Shown piece after piece: positions 33,063-42,030 of a DNA stretch of 64,000 nucleotides (position 1 is its first letter; the number at the start of each line of letters is the position of its first letter). Made by a program: the position numbers and the translations under genes. Source of the DNA: Alphaproteobacteria bacterium (lineage in GTDB: Bacteria > Pseudomonadota > Alphaproteobacteria > SHVZ01); the NCBI GenBank assembly GCA_041906305.1, contig JAYRJL010000007.1, positions 196,042-260,041 on the forward strand. Reading direction: 5' to 3'. A model generated the notes under the pieces. That model worked only from the letters and a program-made list of their open reading frames with translations, had not been told where the DNA came from and searched no databases.

Positions 33063-33136
33063 CCGACATAGAAGTCGGTTTTCAAACTCTTCGCCGCGTG
33101 CTCTCCTGTGTCGCATTCTGGCGGCTGGGAGGGGTC

Positions 33137-34117
33137 TTGAGCGCGGGCCGAAGCGAAGCCGACGTCTACACGGTCGGTTTCTTCCTCATCCCCGACTTCT
33201 CGATGATGGCTTTCGCCGCGGCGCTCGAGCCACTGCGATCGGCAAATCGGGTCAAGCAATCCACGCTTTACAGCTGGAAGCTGTTCTCGCGCGACGGCGA
33301 ACGGGTGACGGCCAGCAACGGCATCGGCTTCGACGTGCAGGGCGGCCTCGACGAGCAGCCCGGCGTCGACATCATGCTGGTCTGCGCCGGCTACAGTCCT
33401 GAAGGCTACGACGACAAGAAGGTGTTCGCGTGGCTCCGCCGGATCTCGCGGTCGGGGGCCAAGATCGGCGCGCTCTCGACCGGCGCCTATATCCTCGGCA
33501 AGGCGGGCCTCCTCGACGGCAAGCACTGCACCGTCCACTGGGAGCACGTGGCGTCGCTGTCGGAGAAGTTTCCGGAGGCGATCACCACCTCCGGCATCTA
33601 TGTGATCGACGGCAATGTGCTGACCTGCTCGGGCGGCATCGCGGCACTCGACATGATGCTGAGCGTGATCGCGAGCCAGCACGGCCGTGCCGTCGCCAAC
33701 GCGGTCGCCGAGAACTTCATCCACCCGCGCATCCGCGAGCATGACGACCGCCAGCGGATGGAACTGCAGACGCGCCTCGGCATCTCGCATCCGAGGCTTC
33801 TTACCACGATCATCCGGATGGAGAACGCGATCGAGGAGCCGCTCGACATGAACGAGCTGGCGGAGTCGGTCGATCTCAGCCCACGCCAGCTGGAACGCCT
33901 GTTCAGGCGATACCTCAAGACCACACCGCACGGCTACTACGTGAAGCTCAGGCTCGAGCGGGGCAGGCGGTTGCTCACCCAGACCAGCGCTTCCATCCTC
34001 GATGTGGCGATGTCCTGCGGCTTCGTCTCGGCCTCGCATTTCACCAAGTGCTACCGTCGCATCTTCGGTCGCACCCCGACGGACGAGAGACGCTCGGTGC
34101 TGGCAGGCGCCGCCTAG
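33137..34117 (+). CDS. GlxA-family (DJ-1/PfpI + AraC HTH) transcriptional regulator
   Basis: Track ORF 31898..34117 trimmed to TTG 33137 (GGGAGG 4 nt upstream). There is no ATG or GTG before the conserved VGFFLIPDFSMMAF block. 326 aa; the C-terminal AraC HTH reads CGFVSASHFTKCYRRIFGRTP. Confidence 0.82.
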   Translation: MSAGRSEADVYTVGFFLIPDFSMMAFAAALEPLRSANRVKQSTLYSWKLFSRDGERVTASNGIGFDVQGGLDEQPGVDIMLVCAGYSPEGYDDKKVFAWLRRISRSGAKIGALSTGAYILGKAGLLDGKHCTVHWEHVASLSEKFPEAITTSGIYVIDGNVLTCSGGIAALDMMLSVIASQHGRAVANAVAENFIHPRIREHDDRQRMELQTRLGISHPRLLTTIIRMENAIEEPLDMNELAESVDLSPRQLERLFRRYLKTTPHGYYVKLRLERGRRLLTQTSASILDVAMSCGFVSASHFTKCYRRIFGRTPTDERRSVLAGAA

Positions 34118-35262
34118 GCCTCGATCAGACCGTCGGTCGCGGCCAGCGCCTTCAGGTGGTGGTCGGCAGGGCCGAACAGGGTGTCGATCATCGTCATGCG
34201 CTTGAAGTAATGACCGACCTTGTACTCGTCGGTCATGCCGATGCCGCCGTGGAGCTGGATCGCCTGCTGGCCGACGAACTTGCCGGAGCGGCCGATCTGC
34301 ACCTTGGTCGCGGCCATCGCCTTCCGGCGCTCCGCGGCGTCGGGCTCGGCCGCCATCATCGTCGCGTAATAGGCCATGCTCCGCGCCTGCTCGAGCGCGA
34401 TCAGCATGTCGACCGAGCGATGCTGGAGTACCTGGAAGGCGCCGATGGTGATGCCGAACTGCTTTCGGGTCTTGAGATACTCGACCGTCGCCTCGTGCAT
34501 CACCGACATGACGCCGATGGACTCGGCGGCGAGTGCCGCGATCGCTTCGTCGACCACCCGCTCGATCGCGGCGTAGGCCTTGCCGGGTGTGCCTAGCACG
34601 GCATCGGCATCGACGCGAACGCCGGTGAAGGCGATCTCGGCGGCGCGCAGCCCATCGACCGTCGGATAGCCGCGCCGCACGACGCCCGAGGCGTTCGCGT
34701 CGACCAGGAGCAGGACGATCCCGTCGCGGTCGCGGCGCTGGCCCGAGATGCGCGCGCTGACGATCAGCTTGTCGGCGGAGTCGCCATGCAGGACGACGCC
34801 TTTCTCGCCGTCCAGCGCCCAACCGTCGCCGGTCTTCTTCGCCGTCGTCGCCACGTCGGCAAGCTCGTAGCGCGCCTGGCGTTCGCCATGGGCGAAGGCG
34901 AAGGTGAGGCTGCCGTCGGCGATCCTCGGCACGAGATCGGACTTCTGCGCGTCGCTGCCGGCATGGCGGATGAGGCCGCCGGCGAGCACGACGGTCGCGA
35001 GATAGGGCTCCAGCGCCAGCGCGCGGCCGAGCGCCTCCATGACCACCATGGTCTCGACCGGCCCGGCGCCGAGGCCGCCATGCCTCTCGTCGAAGGAAAG
35101 GCCGAGGATTCCGAGCTCGGCATACTTGCCCCAGAGCGCGCGGCTCCAGCCGTCGGCCTCCTTGCGGTTGGCCTTTCGCTGCTCGAACGAGGAATGGTCG
35201 GCGAGCAGTCGCTCGACGCTGTCCTTGAGGAGCTGCTGCTCCTCCGAAAGATCGAAGTCCAC
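34114..35262 (-). CDS. acyl-CoA dehydrogenase family protein (PimD-like small partner)
   Basis: 382 aa, GTG start with GAGG upstream. ACAD blocks QFGITIGAFQVLQHR and QLHGGIGMTDEY. Confidence 0.88.
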   Translation of the reverse strand: MDFDLSEEQQLLKDSVERLLADHSSFEQRKANRKEADGWSRALWGKYAELGILGLSFDERHGGLGAGPVETMVVMEALGRALALEPYLATVVLAGGLIRHAGSDAQKSDLVPRIADGSLTFAFAHGERQARYELADVATTAKKTGDGWALDGEKGVVLHGDSADKLIVSARISGQRRDRDGIVLLLVDANASGVVRRGYPTVDGLRAAEIAFTGVRVDADAVLGTPGKAYAAIERVVDEAIAALAAESIGVMSVMHEATVEYLKTRKQFGITIGAFQVLQHRSVDMLIALEQARSMAYYATMMAAEPDAAERRKAMAATKVQIGRSGKFVGQQAIQLHGGIGMTDEYKVGHYFKRMTMIDTLFGPADHHLKALAATDGLIEA

Positions 35263-35268
35263 GTTACC

Positions 35269-36468
35269 TCAAAGTCCCAGGATGGCCTTGGCGATGATGT
35301 TCTTCTGGATCTCGTTGGAGCCGCCGTAGATCGAGATCTTGCGCCAGTTGAAGTAGGCCGGCGCCACGGTCTCGGCCCAGTCTGGCCCGACCGGCGGCTC
35401 GTTCGAGCCTTCGTCCAGATCGTCGGGGGCGGGCATCGCGTAGGGGCCCACCAGCTCCATCGCGAGCTCGGTCACCGCCTGCTGAAGCTCCGAGCCCTTG
35501 ATCTTGAGGATCGAGGAGGCGGGATCGGGCTTCTTGTCCTTGCGGTTCTTCTCGGCCGCGACGACGCGGAGCTGCGTCATCTCCAGCGCCTTGAGCTCGA
35601 TCTCGACCGCCGCGAGGCGCTCGCGGAAGCCCTGGTCCTCGATCATCGGCCGGTCGCCGTCGCGTTCGCCGCGGGCGAGGCGCTTCAGCCGACGGATGCG
35701 CTCCTTGGTGACGCCGACGCGGGCGATGCCGACGCGCTCGTTGCCGAGCAGGAACTTGGCGTAGTCCCAGCCCTTGTTCTCCTGGCCCACCAGGTTCTCG
35801 ACCGGCACGCGGACTTCGTCGAAGAAGACCTCGTTGACCTCGTGGCCGCCGTCGATGGTGATGATCGGCCGTACGGTGACGCCTTTCGACTTCATGTCGA
35901 TCAGCAGGAAGGAGATGCCTTCCTGCTTCTTCGCCGCCGGGTCGGTGCGGACCAGGCAGAAGATCCAGTCGGCGTGCTGGGCGAGCGTGGTCCAGGTCTT
36001 CTGGCCGTTGACGACGTAGTGGTCGCCGTCGCGCTTGGCGGAGGTGCGGAGCGAGGCCAGGTCCGAGCCGGCGCCGGGCTCGGAGAAGCCCTGGCACCAC
36101 CAGTCGTCGAGGTTGGCGATGCGCGGCAGGAAGTGCTTCTTCTGCTTCTCGTTGCCGAAGGCGATCAGCACCGGGCCGAGCATGCTGACGCCGAACTGCA
36201 GCGGGGGCGGGGCTGCCGCCTGCTGCAGCTCGTCCAAGAAGAAGTACTGCTGGACCGGCGACCAGCCGGTGCCGCCCCATTCGACCGGCCAGTGCGGCGT
36301 CGCCCAGCCGCGCTTGTTGAGGATGCGCTGCCACGCGACGAACTCTTCCTTCGTCAGGTGATGGCCTTCCGCGGTCTTGCGGCGAACGGCCTCCGGAACC
36401 GATGCTTTGAAGAAGGCGCGGACCTCGTCGCGGAACGCGATTTCGTCGGGGGTGAAGCGCAGATCCAT
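35269..36468 (-). CDS. acyl-CoA dehydrogenase family protein (PimC-like)
   Basis: 399 aa. Blocks WCQGFSEPGAGSDLASL, NGQKTWTTLAQHADW and YGGSNEIQKNIIAK. Confidence 0.9.
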   Translation of the reverse strand: MDLRFTPDEIAFRDEVRAFFKASVPEAVRRKTAEGHHLTKEEFVAWQRILNKRGWATPHWPVEWGGTGWSPVQQYFFLDELQQAAAPPPLQFGVSMLGPVLIAFGNEKQKKHFLPRIANLDDWWCQGFSEPGAGSDLASLRTSAKRDGDHYVVNGQKTWTTLAQHADWIFCLVRTDPAAKKQEGISFLLIDMKSKGVTVRPIITIDGGHEVNEVFFDEVRVPVENLVGQENKGWDYAKFLLGNERVGIARVGVTKERIRRLKRLARGERDGDRPMIEDQGFRERLAAVEIELKALEMTQLRVVAAEKNRKDKKPDPASSILKIKGSELQQAVTELAMELVGPYAMPAPDDLDEGSNEPPVGPDWAETVAPAYFNWRKISIYGGSNEIQKNIIAKAILGL

Positions 36469-36471
36469 GGA

Positions 36472-38133
36472 TCAGTCTCCCGCGCCCGCCTTGCGGGCTT
36501 CTTCGTCGACCAGGGTCTTCTTCGACAGCTTGCCGACCGCGGTCCGCGGCAGCGCGTCCCGGATCTCGATCATGGCCGGCATCTCGTGCTTGCCGATCTT
36601 GTCGCCGAGGAAAGCTCGAAGCTCGTCGAGCGTGAACGGCGCGGCGCCGGCCTTCAGCTTGACGAAGGCCTTGGCCGACTGGCCGCGATAGCTGTCGGGG
36701 ACGCCGATCACCACCACCTCCTCGACCGAGGGGTGCTCATAGATCGCTTCCTCGATGATGCGCGGATAGACGTTGAATCCGCCGGAAAGGATCATGTCCT
36801 TCTTGCGGTCGACCAGGAAGAAGTAGCCGCGCTCGTCCATGTAGCCGATGTCGCCGGTCAGGAAGCAGCCGTCGCAGAAGGCCTCTTCGGTTTCCTTCGG
36901 CCTCTTCCAGTAGCCCTTCATCACGTTCGGGCCCTTGATGCGGAACTCGCCCTTCTCGTTGGGGCCGAGCACGCGGCGCGGATCGTCGAGCGCCACCACC
37001 TCCATGACGATGCCGGGCAGCGGTATGCCGATCGAGCCGGCCTTCCAGTCGCCCTGGAGCGGCAGGTTGGTGCCGGCCGGCGAGGTCTCGGTCATGCCCC
37101 AGCCGCCGCCGACGCGGAAGCCGGTGATCTTCTGGAAGCTCTGCTCGACCTCGACCGGGAGCGAGGCGCCGCCGCAGGTGATCAGCCGGAGCGAAGAGAG
37201 GTCCCGCCTACCGATCTCCGGATGCTGGAGGAGGGCGATGTACATCGTCGGCACGCCCAGCATCAGGGTCGCCTTCTTCTCGGCGATGTCGCGGATCGTC
37301 GTCTCGGCATCGAAGCGGATGCGGAGCAGGATCTCGCTGCCGAGGGAAAGGTGGCGGATCAGGATCGTGGTCAGCGCATAGATATGGAACAGCGGCAATA
37401 CGCAGACGACTTTGTCGTCGCCGCGGCGAAGCGAATTCTGGCCCTCGGCCCAGGTGTCGTAGATCGCGACCGCCGAGGTCAGGTTGGCGTGGGTCAGCAT
37501 CGCGCCCTTCGGCGCACCGGTGGTGCCGCCGGTGTATTGCAGGACGGCGAGATCGTCGGGCGTCACCTTGGGCCACGACGCGGGCAGGTCGTCGCTCGCC
37601 AGCAGGCTCTGGAGCGCAACCGCCCCCGCCGGCGCCGACGGGAGCGGTGCCGGCGTTGGTCCCCAATGCGCCTGCTCCGAGACGATCAGCGTGTCGAGAT
37701 GGCCCGCGGCGACCAGCTTCTGCGCGTTGCCGAGCAGCGAAGGGTGATTGGTCGTCACCAGGATCCGCGCGCCGCTGTCGTGGAGCTTGTGCGCGAGCTC
37801 GCGCTCGGCATCGAGGGGGCTCAGATGAACCACGTGCCCGCCGGCCTTCAGCGTGCCGAGGAAGGCGATCGGATGGTCGGGCGTGTTCGGCAGGTAGAGC
37901 GCGACGCTCTTTTCCTTGCCCACGCCGAGCGCCATCAGCCCGGCGGCGACCTTGGAGACCGCGGCATCGAGCTCGGCATAGGAGATCGGCCGGTCGAGGT
38001 ATTCGATCGCGTTCCGGTTGCCGTGCCGCTCGACGCTGGCGGCGAAGAGGGCAGGGACGGTCGATGCCTGGATCGGCGCGTCCCAGCGGACGCCCGGCGG
38101 ATACGACTTCTCCCAGAGATACGGCCGCGTCAT
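36472..38133 (-). CDS. acyl-CoA synthetase / long-chain-fatty-acid--CoA ligase (AMP-binding)
   Basis: Track ORF 36472..38301 trimmed to ATG 38131-38133 (MTRPYLWEKSYPPG...), ATGA overlap with the upstream stop; 553 aa. AMP-binding motif LQYTGGTTGAPKGAMLTH and GWGMTE. Confidence 0.9.
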   Translation of the reverse strand: MTRPYLWEKSYPPGVRWDAPIQASTVPALFAASVERHGNRNAIEYLDRPISYAELDAAVSKVAAGLMALGVGKEKSVALYLPNTPDHPIAFLGTLKAGGHVVHLSPLDAERELAHKLHDSGARILVTTNHPSLLGNAQKLVAAGHLDTLIVSEQAHWGPTPAPLPSAPAGAVALQSLLASDDLPASWPKVTPDDLAVLQYTGGTTGAPKGAMLTHANLTSAVAIYDTWAEGQNSLRRGDDKVVCVLPLFHIYALTTILIRHLSLGSEILLRIRFDAETTIRDIAEKKATLMLGVPTMYIALLQHPEIGRRDLSSLRLITCGGASLPVEVEQSFQKITGFRVGGGWGMTETSPAGTNLPLQGDWKAGSIGIPLPGIVMEVVALDDPRRVLGPNEKGEFRIKGPNVMKGYWKRPKETEEAFCDGCFLTGDIGYMDERGYFFLVDRKKDMILSGGFNVYPRIIEEAIYEHPSVEEVVVIGVPDSYRGQSAKAFVKLKAGAAPFTLDELRAFLGDKIGKHEMPAMIEIRDALPRTAVGKLSKKTLVDEEARKAGAGD

Positions 38134-40190
38134 GAAGCCGAGGAGAAGCCGCGACCCTCGCGGGCGAGGCGGTCGAGCACCGGCGCCGGGTTGAGCGACG
38201 CGTCGCCGGTCTTCCGCGCCTGCTCGGCGAGCCAGTCGCGGATGATCTTCAGGCCTACCTGGTCGGCATGGTGCATCGGGCCGCCGCGCCAGACGGGCCA
38301 TCCGTAGCCGTAGACCCAGATCACGTCGATGTCGCTCGGCCGCTGGGCGATGCCTTCCTCGAGGATCTTCGCGCCTTCGTTGATCATCGGGTAGTTGAGC
38401 CGCTGGATGATCTCTTCCTGGCTGATCTGGCGACGCTTGATGCCGAGCTTGTCCGAGGCTTCGACGATGATCTTCTCGACCTCGGGATCGGGGATCGGCT
38501 TCCGCTTGTCGGCCTCGTCGTAGCGGTAGTAGCCCTTTCCGTTCTTCTGGCCGTAGCGGCCGGCATCCGTGATCGCGTCAGCCACCGCCGCCCGTACGCC
38601 CCGGGCGCGGCGCGCACGCATGCCGATGTCGAGGCCGGCGAGGTCGGAGACGGCAAGCGGGCCCATGGCAAAGCCGAACGCGGTCGCTGCCGCATCGATC
38701 TCGTGCGGCAAGGCGCCTTCGAGCAGCAGCTGCTCGGTCGCCTTGAGGCGCGCGCCCAGCATGCGGTTGCCGACGAAGCCGTCGCAGACGCCGACGATCA
38801 CCGGCACCTTGCCGATCTTGCGGCCGACGGCGATGGCGGTCGCCAGCGTCGCAGGCGAGGTCGCCTTGCCGCGCACGATCTCCAGCAGCTTCATCACGTT
38901 CGCCGGGCTGAAGAAGTGCATGCCGAGCACGTCGCCCGGACGTTTCGTCATCGCCGCGATCGCGTTCACGTCGAGATAAGAGGTGTTGGTGGCAAGCACG
39001 GCGCCAGGCTTGGCGATGCGGTCGAGCTTGCCGAAGATCTCCTTCTTGATCTCCATCTCCTCGAACACCGCCTCGATCACGATGTCGGCGCCGCTCGCCT
39101 TCTCGATGTCGAGCGTCGGCGTGATCAGGCCCATGCGACGGTCGATCTCGGCCTGCGGCGTGCGCCCGCTGCGCTTGTAGTTGGCGAGGATCGTGTCCAG
39201 GCCTCGCTTGAGCGCCGCATCGGTGGTCTCGATCAGCGTCACCGGAATGCCGGCATTGGCGAAGGACATCGTGATGCCGCCGCCCATGGTGCCGGCGCCG
39301 ATCACGGCGGCCGAGGCGACCGGCTTGGCCTGGGTGTCGGCCGGCATGTCGGCGACCTTGGCGGCGTTGCGCTCGGCGAAAAAGACGTGGCGTTGCGCTT
39401 TGGATTCGTCGCTGGCGACGAGCTTCCGGAACAGCTCGGTCTCGTAGGCGATACCCTTGTCGAACGGCATCTCGATCGCGGCCTTGACCGCGTCGACGCA
39501 GGCTTGCGTCGCGGGCAGTACGCGGCCCCTGCCGGTCAGCGACGATGCCGCCTTGTCGAAGGCGTCGCGATCGCCGGGCACGGACATGTCGCGGACGCGC
39601 GGCAGGTCGCCTGAATCCGCGAGCGCTTCGGCGGCCTTTGACGCCGCCTCGAGGAGGTCGCCGGACGCGACCTCCTGAACGAGGCCGGAGGACCTTGCCT
39701 CCTCGGCCGGCACCATGTCGCCGGAGGTGATCATCTTGAGCGCCTTCTCGGCACCGATCAGCCGCGGCACGCGCTGGGTGCCGCCGGCGCCAGGAAGGAT
39801 GCCGAGCTTGATCTCGGGCAATCCCAGCTTCGCGTCCTTGGCCGCAACCCGCGCGTGGCAGGCGAGGGCGAGCTCGAGCCCGCCGCCGAGCGTGGTGCCG
39901 TGGATCGCCGCCACCACCGGCTTCGGGCTTGCCTCGATCGCGGTGATGAGATCGGCCAGGCTCGGGGACTGCGGCGGCTTGCCGAACTCGGTGATGTCGG
40001 CACCGGCCGAGAAGCAGCGGCCGTTGCCGACCAGAACGACGGCCTTCACGCCGGCATCCTCTTCGGCCGACTTCAGCGCCGAGGCGATGCCCAGCCTGAG
40101 TCCATGGCCGAGCGCATTCACCGGCGGGTTGTCGAGGCGAATGACGGCGACCGCGCCCTTGCGGTCATTGGATACGAAAGCTTTTGACAC
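38130..40190 (-). CDS. bifunctional enoyl-CoA hydratase / 3-hydroxyacyl-CoA dehydrogenase (FadB/PimF-like)
   Basis: Track ORF 38130..40658 trimmed to GTG 40188-40190 (VSKAFVSNDRKGAVAVIRLDNPPVNAL), 686 aa. Crotonase block FSAGADITEF and NAD fold AVIGAGTMGGGI. Confidence 0.88.
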   Translation of the reverse strand: MSKAFVSNDRKGAVAVIRLDNPPVNALGHGLRLGIASALKSAEEDAGVKAVVLVGNGRCFSAGADITEFGKPPQSPSLADLITAIEASPKPVVAAIHGTTLGGGLELALACHARVAAKDAKLGLPEIKLGILPGAGGTQRVPRLIGAEKALKMITSGDMVPAEEARSSGLVQEVASGDLLEAASKAAEALADSGDLPRVRDMSVPGDRDAFDKAASSLTGRGRVLPATQACVDAVKAAIEMPFDKGIAYETELFRKLVASDESKAQRHVFFAERNAAKVADMPADTQAKPVASAAVIGAGTMGGGITMSFANAGIPVTLIETTDAALKRGLDTILANYKRSGRTPQAEIDRRMGLITPTLDIEKASGADIVIEAVFEEMEIKKEIFGKLDRIAKPGAVLATNTSYLDVNAIAAMTKRPGDVLGMHFFSPANVMKLLEIVRGKATSPATLATAIAVGRKIGKVPVIVGVCDGFVGNRMLGARLKATEQLLLEGALPHEIDAAATAFGFAMGPLAVSDLAGLDIGMRARRARGVRAAVADAITDAGRYGQKNGKGYYRYDEADKRKPIPDPEVEKIIVEASDKLGIKRRQISQEEIIQRLNYPMINEGAKILEEGIAQRPSDIDVIWVYGYGWPVWRGGPMHHADQVGLKIIRDWLAEQARKTGDASLNPAPVLDRLAREGRGFSSAS

Positions 40191-40216
40191 GCCCGGCGTC
40201 TCCCTGCCCTTAGTTC

Positions 40217-40240
40217 CGCATTGCGAAATTGCGTTTCGCA
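40217..40240. promoter_or_regulatory. overlapping palindromes (candidate IclR operator) in the fadB-like / iclR divergent region
   Basis: CGCA-T-TGCG (40217-40225) overlaps TGCGAAA-TTGCG-TTTCGCA (40222-40240; perfect 7-bp arms). Coordinates cross-checked against track ORF 39715..40281. Confidence 0.45.
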
Positions 40241-40243
40241 GAT

Positions 40244-40272
40244 TTGACGTGGATCGTAGGGTGGAGTGTACT
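40244..40272 (+). promoter_or_regulatory. sigma70-like promoter candidate for the iclR-liv operon
   Basis: TTGACG (40244-40249), 17-nt spacer, TGTACT (40267-40272). Immediately downstream of the palindromes and about 45 nt upstream of the iclR ATG. Confidence 0.3.
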
Positions 40273-40316
40273 CCGCTGTAAATCCCTCCGAACGAGAGGG
40301 AGACGACAGGGCAGGA

Positions 40317-41150
40317 ATGACGGTCAGCAGCAGCACTGAATGGCTGGCGCGTGCGCGGGAAGAGGGGGGGCCTTCGGGCGAGCCCCGACGCGACCGGCAA
40401 TTCGTCGAAGCCCTGGCGCGCGGGCTCGAAGTGCTGCGTGCCTTCCAGCCGAACCATGCCCAGCTCGGCAACCAGGAGATCGCACGCGCCACCGGCCTGC
40501 CGAAGCCGACGGTCTCGCGACTCACCTACACGCTGACCAAGCTCGGCTACCTCACCTATTCGGATCGTCTGGGGAAGTATCAGCTGGGTGCGCCCGCGCT
40601 GGCGCTGGGCTACGCGGTGCTCTCGAACATGGGCATCCGCCAGCTTGCCCGCCCGCACATGCAGGAGCTCGCCGACTATTCCGGCGCTTCCGTGGCGCTG
40701 GGCAGCCGAGACCGGCTCAACCTGATCTACGTCGAGTATTGCCGCAGCAACGCCGCTGTGACGCTCCGCCTAGACCTCGGCTCGAAGGTGCCGATCGCGA
40801 CCACGTCGATGGGACGCGCGCTGCTGGCGGCCCTGCCGGAGAGCGAGCGCGTCCACCTGATGGACTTCATCGCCAAGCGCGAGCCCGAGCGCTGGGCGCA
40901 GATCCGCGCCGGCATCGAACGCGGGCTCGACGACTACGCGACCCGGGGCTTCACCATGTCGATCGGCGAGTGGAAGTCCGACGTCAACGCGGTCGGGGTG
41001 CCGCTGATCCCGTCGGATGGTTCGCCGATCATGGTCTTTAACTGCGGCGCCCCGTCTTTCCAGCTATCGCGTGAGCGTCTGGAAACCGACATCGGCCCTC
41101 GCCTCGTCAACATGGTTCGCGGCGTGGAGGTGCTGCTCGGTCATCGTTAA
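40317..41150 (+). CDS. IclR family transcriptional regulator
   Basis: Trimmed to ATG 40317 (MTVSSSTEWL...), 277 aa. HTH block LGNQEIARATGLPKPTVSRLTYTL and an IclR effector domain. Confidence 0.88.
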   Translation: MTVSSSTEWLARAREEGGPSGEPRRDRQFVEALARGLEVLRAFQPNHAQLGNQEIARATGLPKPTVSRLTYTLTKLGYLTYSDRLGKYQLGAPALALGYAVLSNMGIRQLARPHMQELADYSGASVALGSRDRLNLIYVEYCRSNAAVTLRLDLGSKVPIATTSMGRALLAALPESERVHLMDFIAKREPERWAQIRAGIERGLDDYATRGFTMSIGEWKSDVNAVGVPLIPSDGSPIMVFNCGAPSFQLSRERLETDIGPRLVNMVRGVEVLLGHR

Positions 41151-41247
41151 GCGTACCCAAGAAGACTTAAAAGGATCGGGAGGACACGTCTTGCGTGGAG
41201 CATCAGAGGCTGCGACCCGTCTCGCCGAGGCGGCGCGGTCTCCGAAC

Positions 41248-42030
41248 ATGTCGTCCGATATCGGCCCGCTGCTGGCGGTCCGCGACGTGGTGGTGCGCTT
41301 CGGCGGCATCGTCGCGCTCGACGGCATTTCGTTCGACCTGCCCGCCGGCCGCATTCTCGGATTGATCGGCCCCAACGGCGCCGGCAAGACGACGCTGTTC
41401 AACTGTCTCAGCCGTCTCTACACGCCGGCCTCCGGCGACATCCGCTTCGAAGGTGCTTCGATCCTCGACCGGCCGCCGCACCGGATCGCCGAGATCGGCA
41501 TCGGCCGGACCTTCCAGAACCTGGCGCTGTTCCGGGGCATGACCGTGCTCGACAACGTCCTGGTCGGCGGCCATACGCGCACCAAAAGCGACTTCTTCAG
41601 CGACGCGCTCGGATTGCCCGGCGTCCGCCGCCAGGACCGCGACCTCGCGCGGACGGCGGCGGAGATCATCGACTATCTCGGCCTCTCCGATGTCGCCCAG
41701 CGGCCGGTGATGGGCCTGCCGTTCGGCACGCAGAAGCGCGTCGAGCTGGCACGTGCGCTGGTGATGCGCCCGAAGCTGTTGCTCCTCGACGAGCCCGCTG
41801 GCGGCCTCAACCACGAGGAGGTCGCCGATCTCGGCCGAATGATCCGCCAGATCCGCGACGACCACGGCATCACCGTCCTTCTGGTCGAGCACCATATGGG
41901 CCTGGTCATGTCGGTCTCCGACATCGTCGTGGCGCTCAACTTCGGCCGGAAGATCTGCGAGGGATCTCCCTCCGCGGTCCAGCAGGACGAGGCGGTGATC
42001 GCCGCCTATCTCGGGACGGCGAAGCGATGA
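41248..42030 (+). CDS. HAAT-family ABC ATPase (LivG-like)
   Basis: ATG 41248 (MSSDIGPLLAVRDVVVRFGG), 260 aa. Walker A GPNGAGKTT. The alternative TTG 41191 has a GGGAGGA SD, but the intervening codons have low GC3. Confidence 0.88.
   Translation: MSSDIGPLLAVRDVVVRFGGIVALDGISFDLPAGRILGLIGPNGAGKTTLFNCLSRLYTPASGDIRFEGASILDRPPHRIAEIGIGRTFQNLALFRGMTVLDNVLVGGHTRTKSDFFSDALGLPGVRRQDRDLARTAAEIIDYLGLSDVAQRPVMGLPFGTQKRVELARALVMRPKLLLLDEPAGGLNHEEVADLGRMIRQIRDDHGITVLLVEHHMGLVMSVSDIVVALNFGRKICEGSPSAVQQDEAVIAAYLGTAKR

Noticed and set aside
34786-38307. 1173-aa plus-strand ORF
   Set aside because: It is antisense to four well-supported minus-strand genes (two acyl-CoA dehydrogenases, a ligase and the end of the FadB-like gene). 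Same shadow-ORF composition as above.
41191-41247. Longer LivG-like form starting at TTG 41191 behind a strong GGGAGGA box
   Set aside because: The 19 extra codons have only about 60% G/C in third positions by my count, against about 85-90% in real genes here. ATG 41248 gives the canonical LivG N-terminus. I keep it only as an alternative; N-terminal proteomics would decide.
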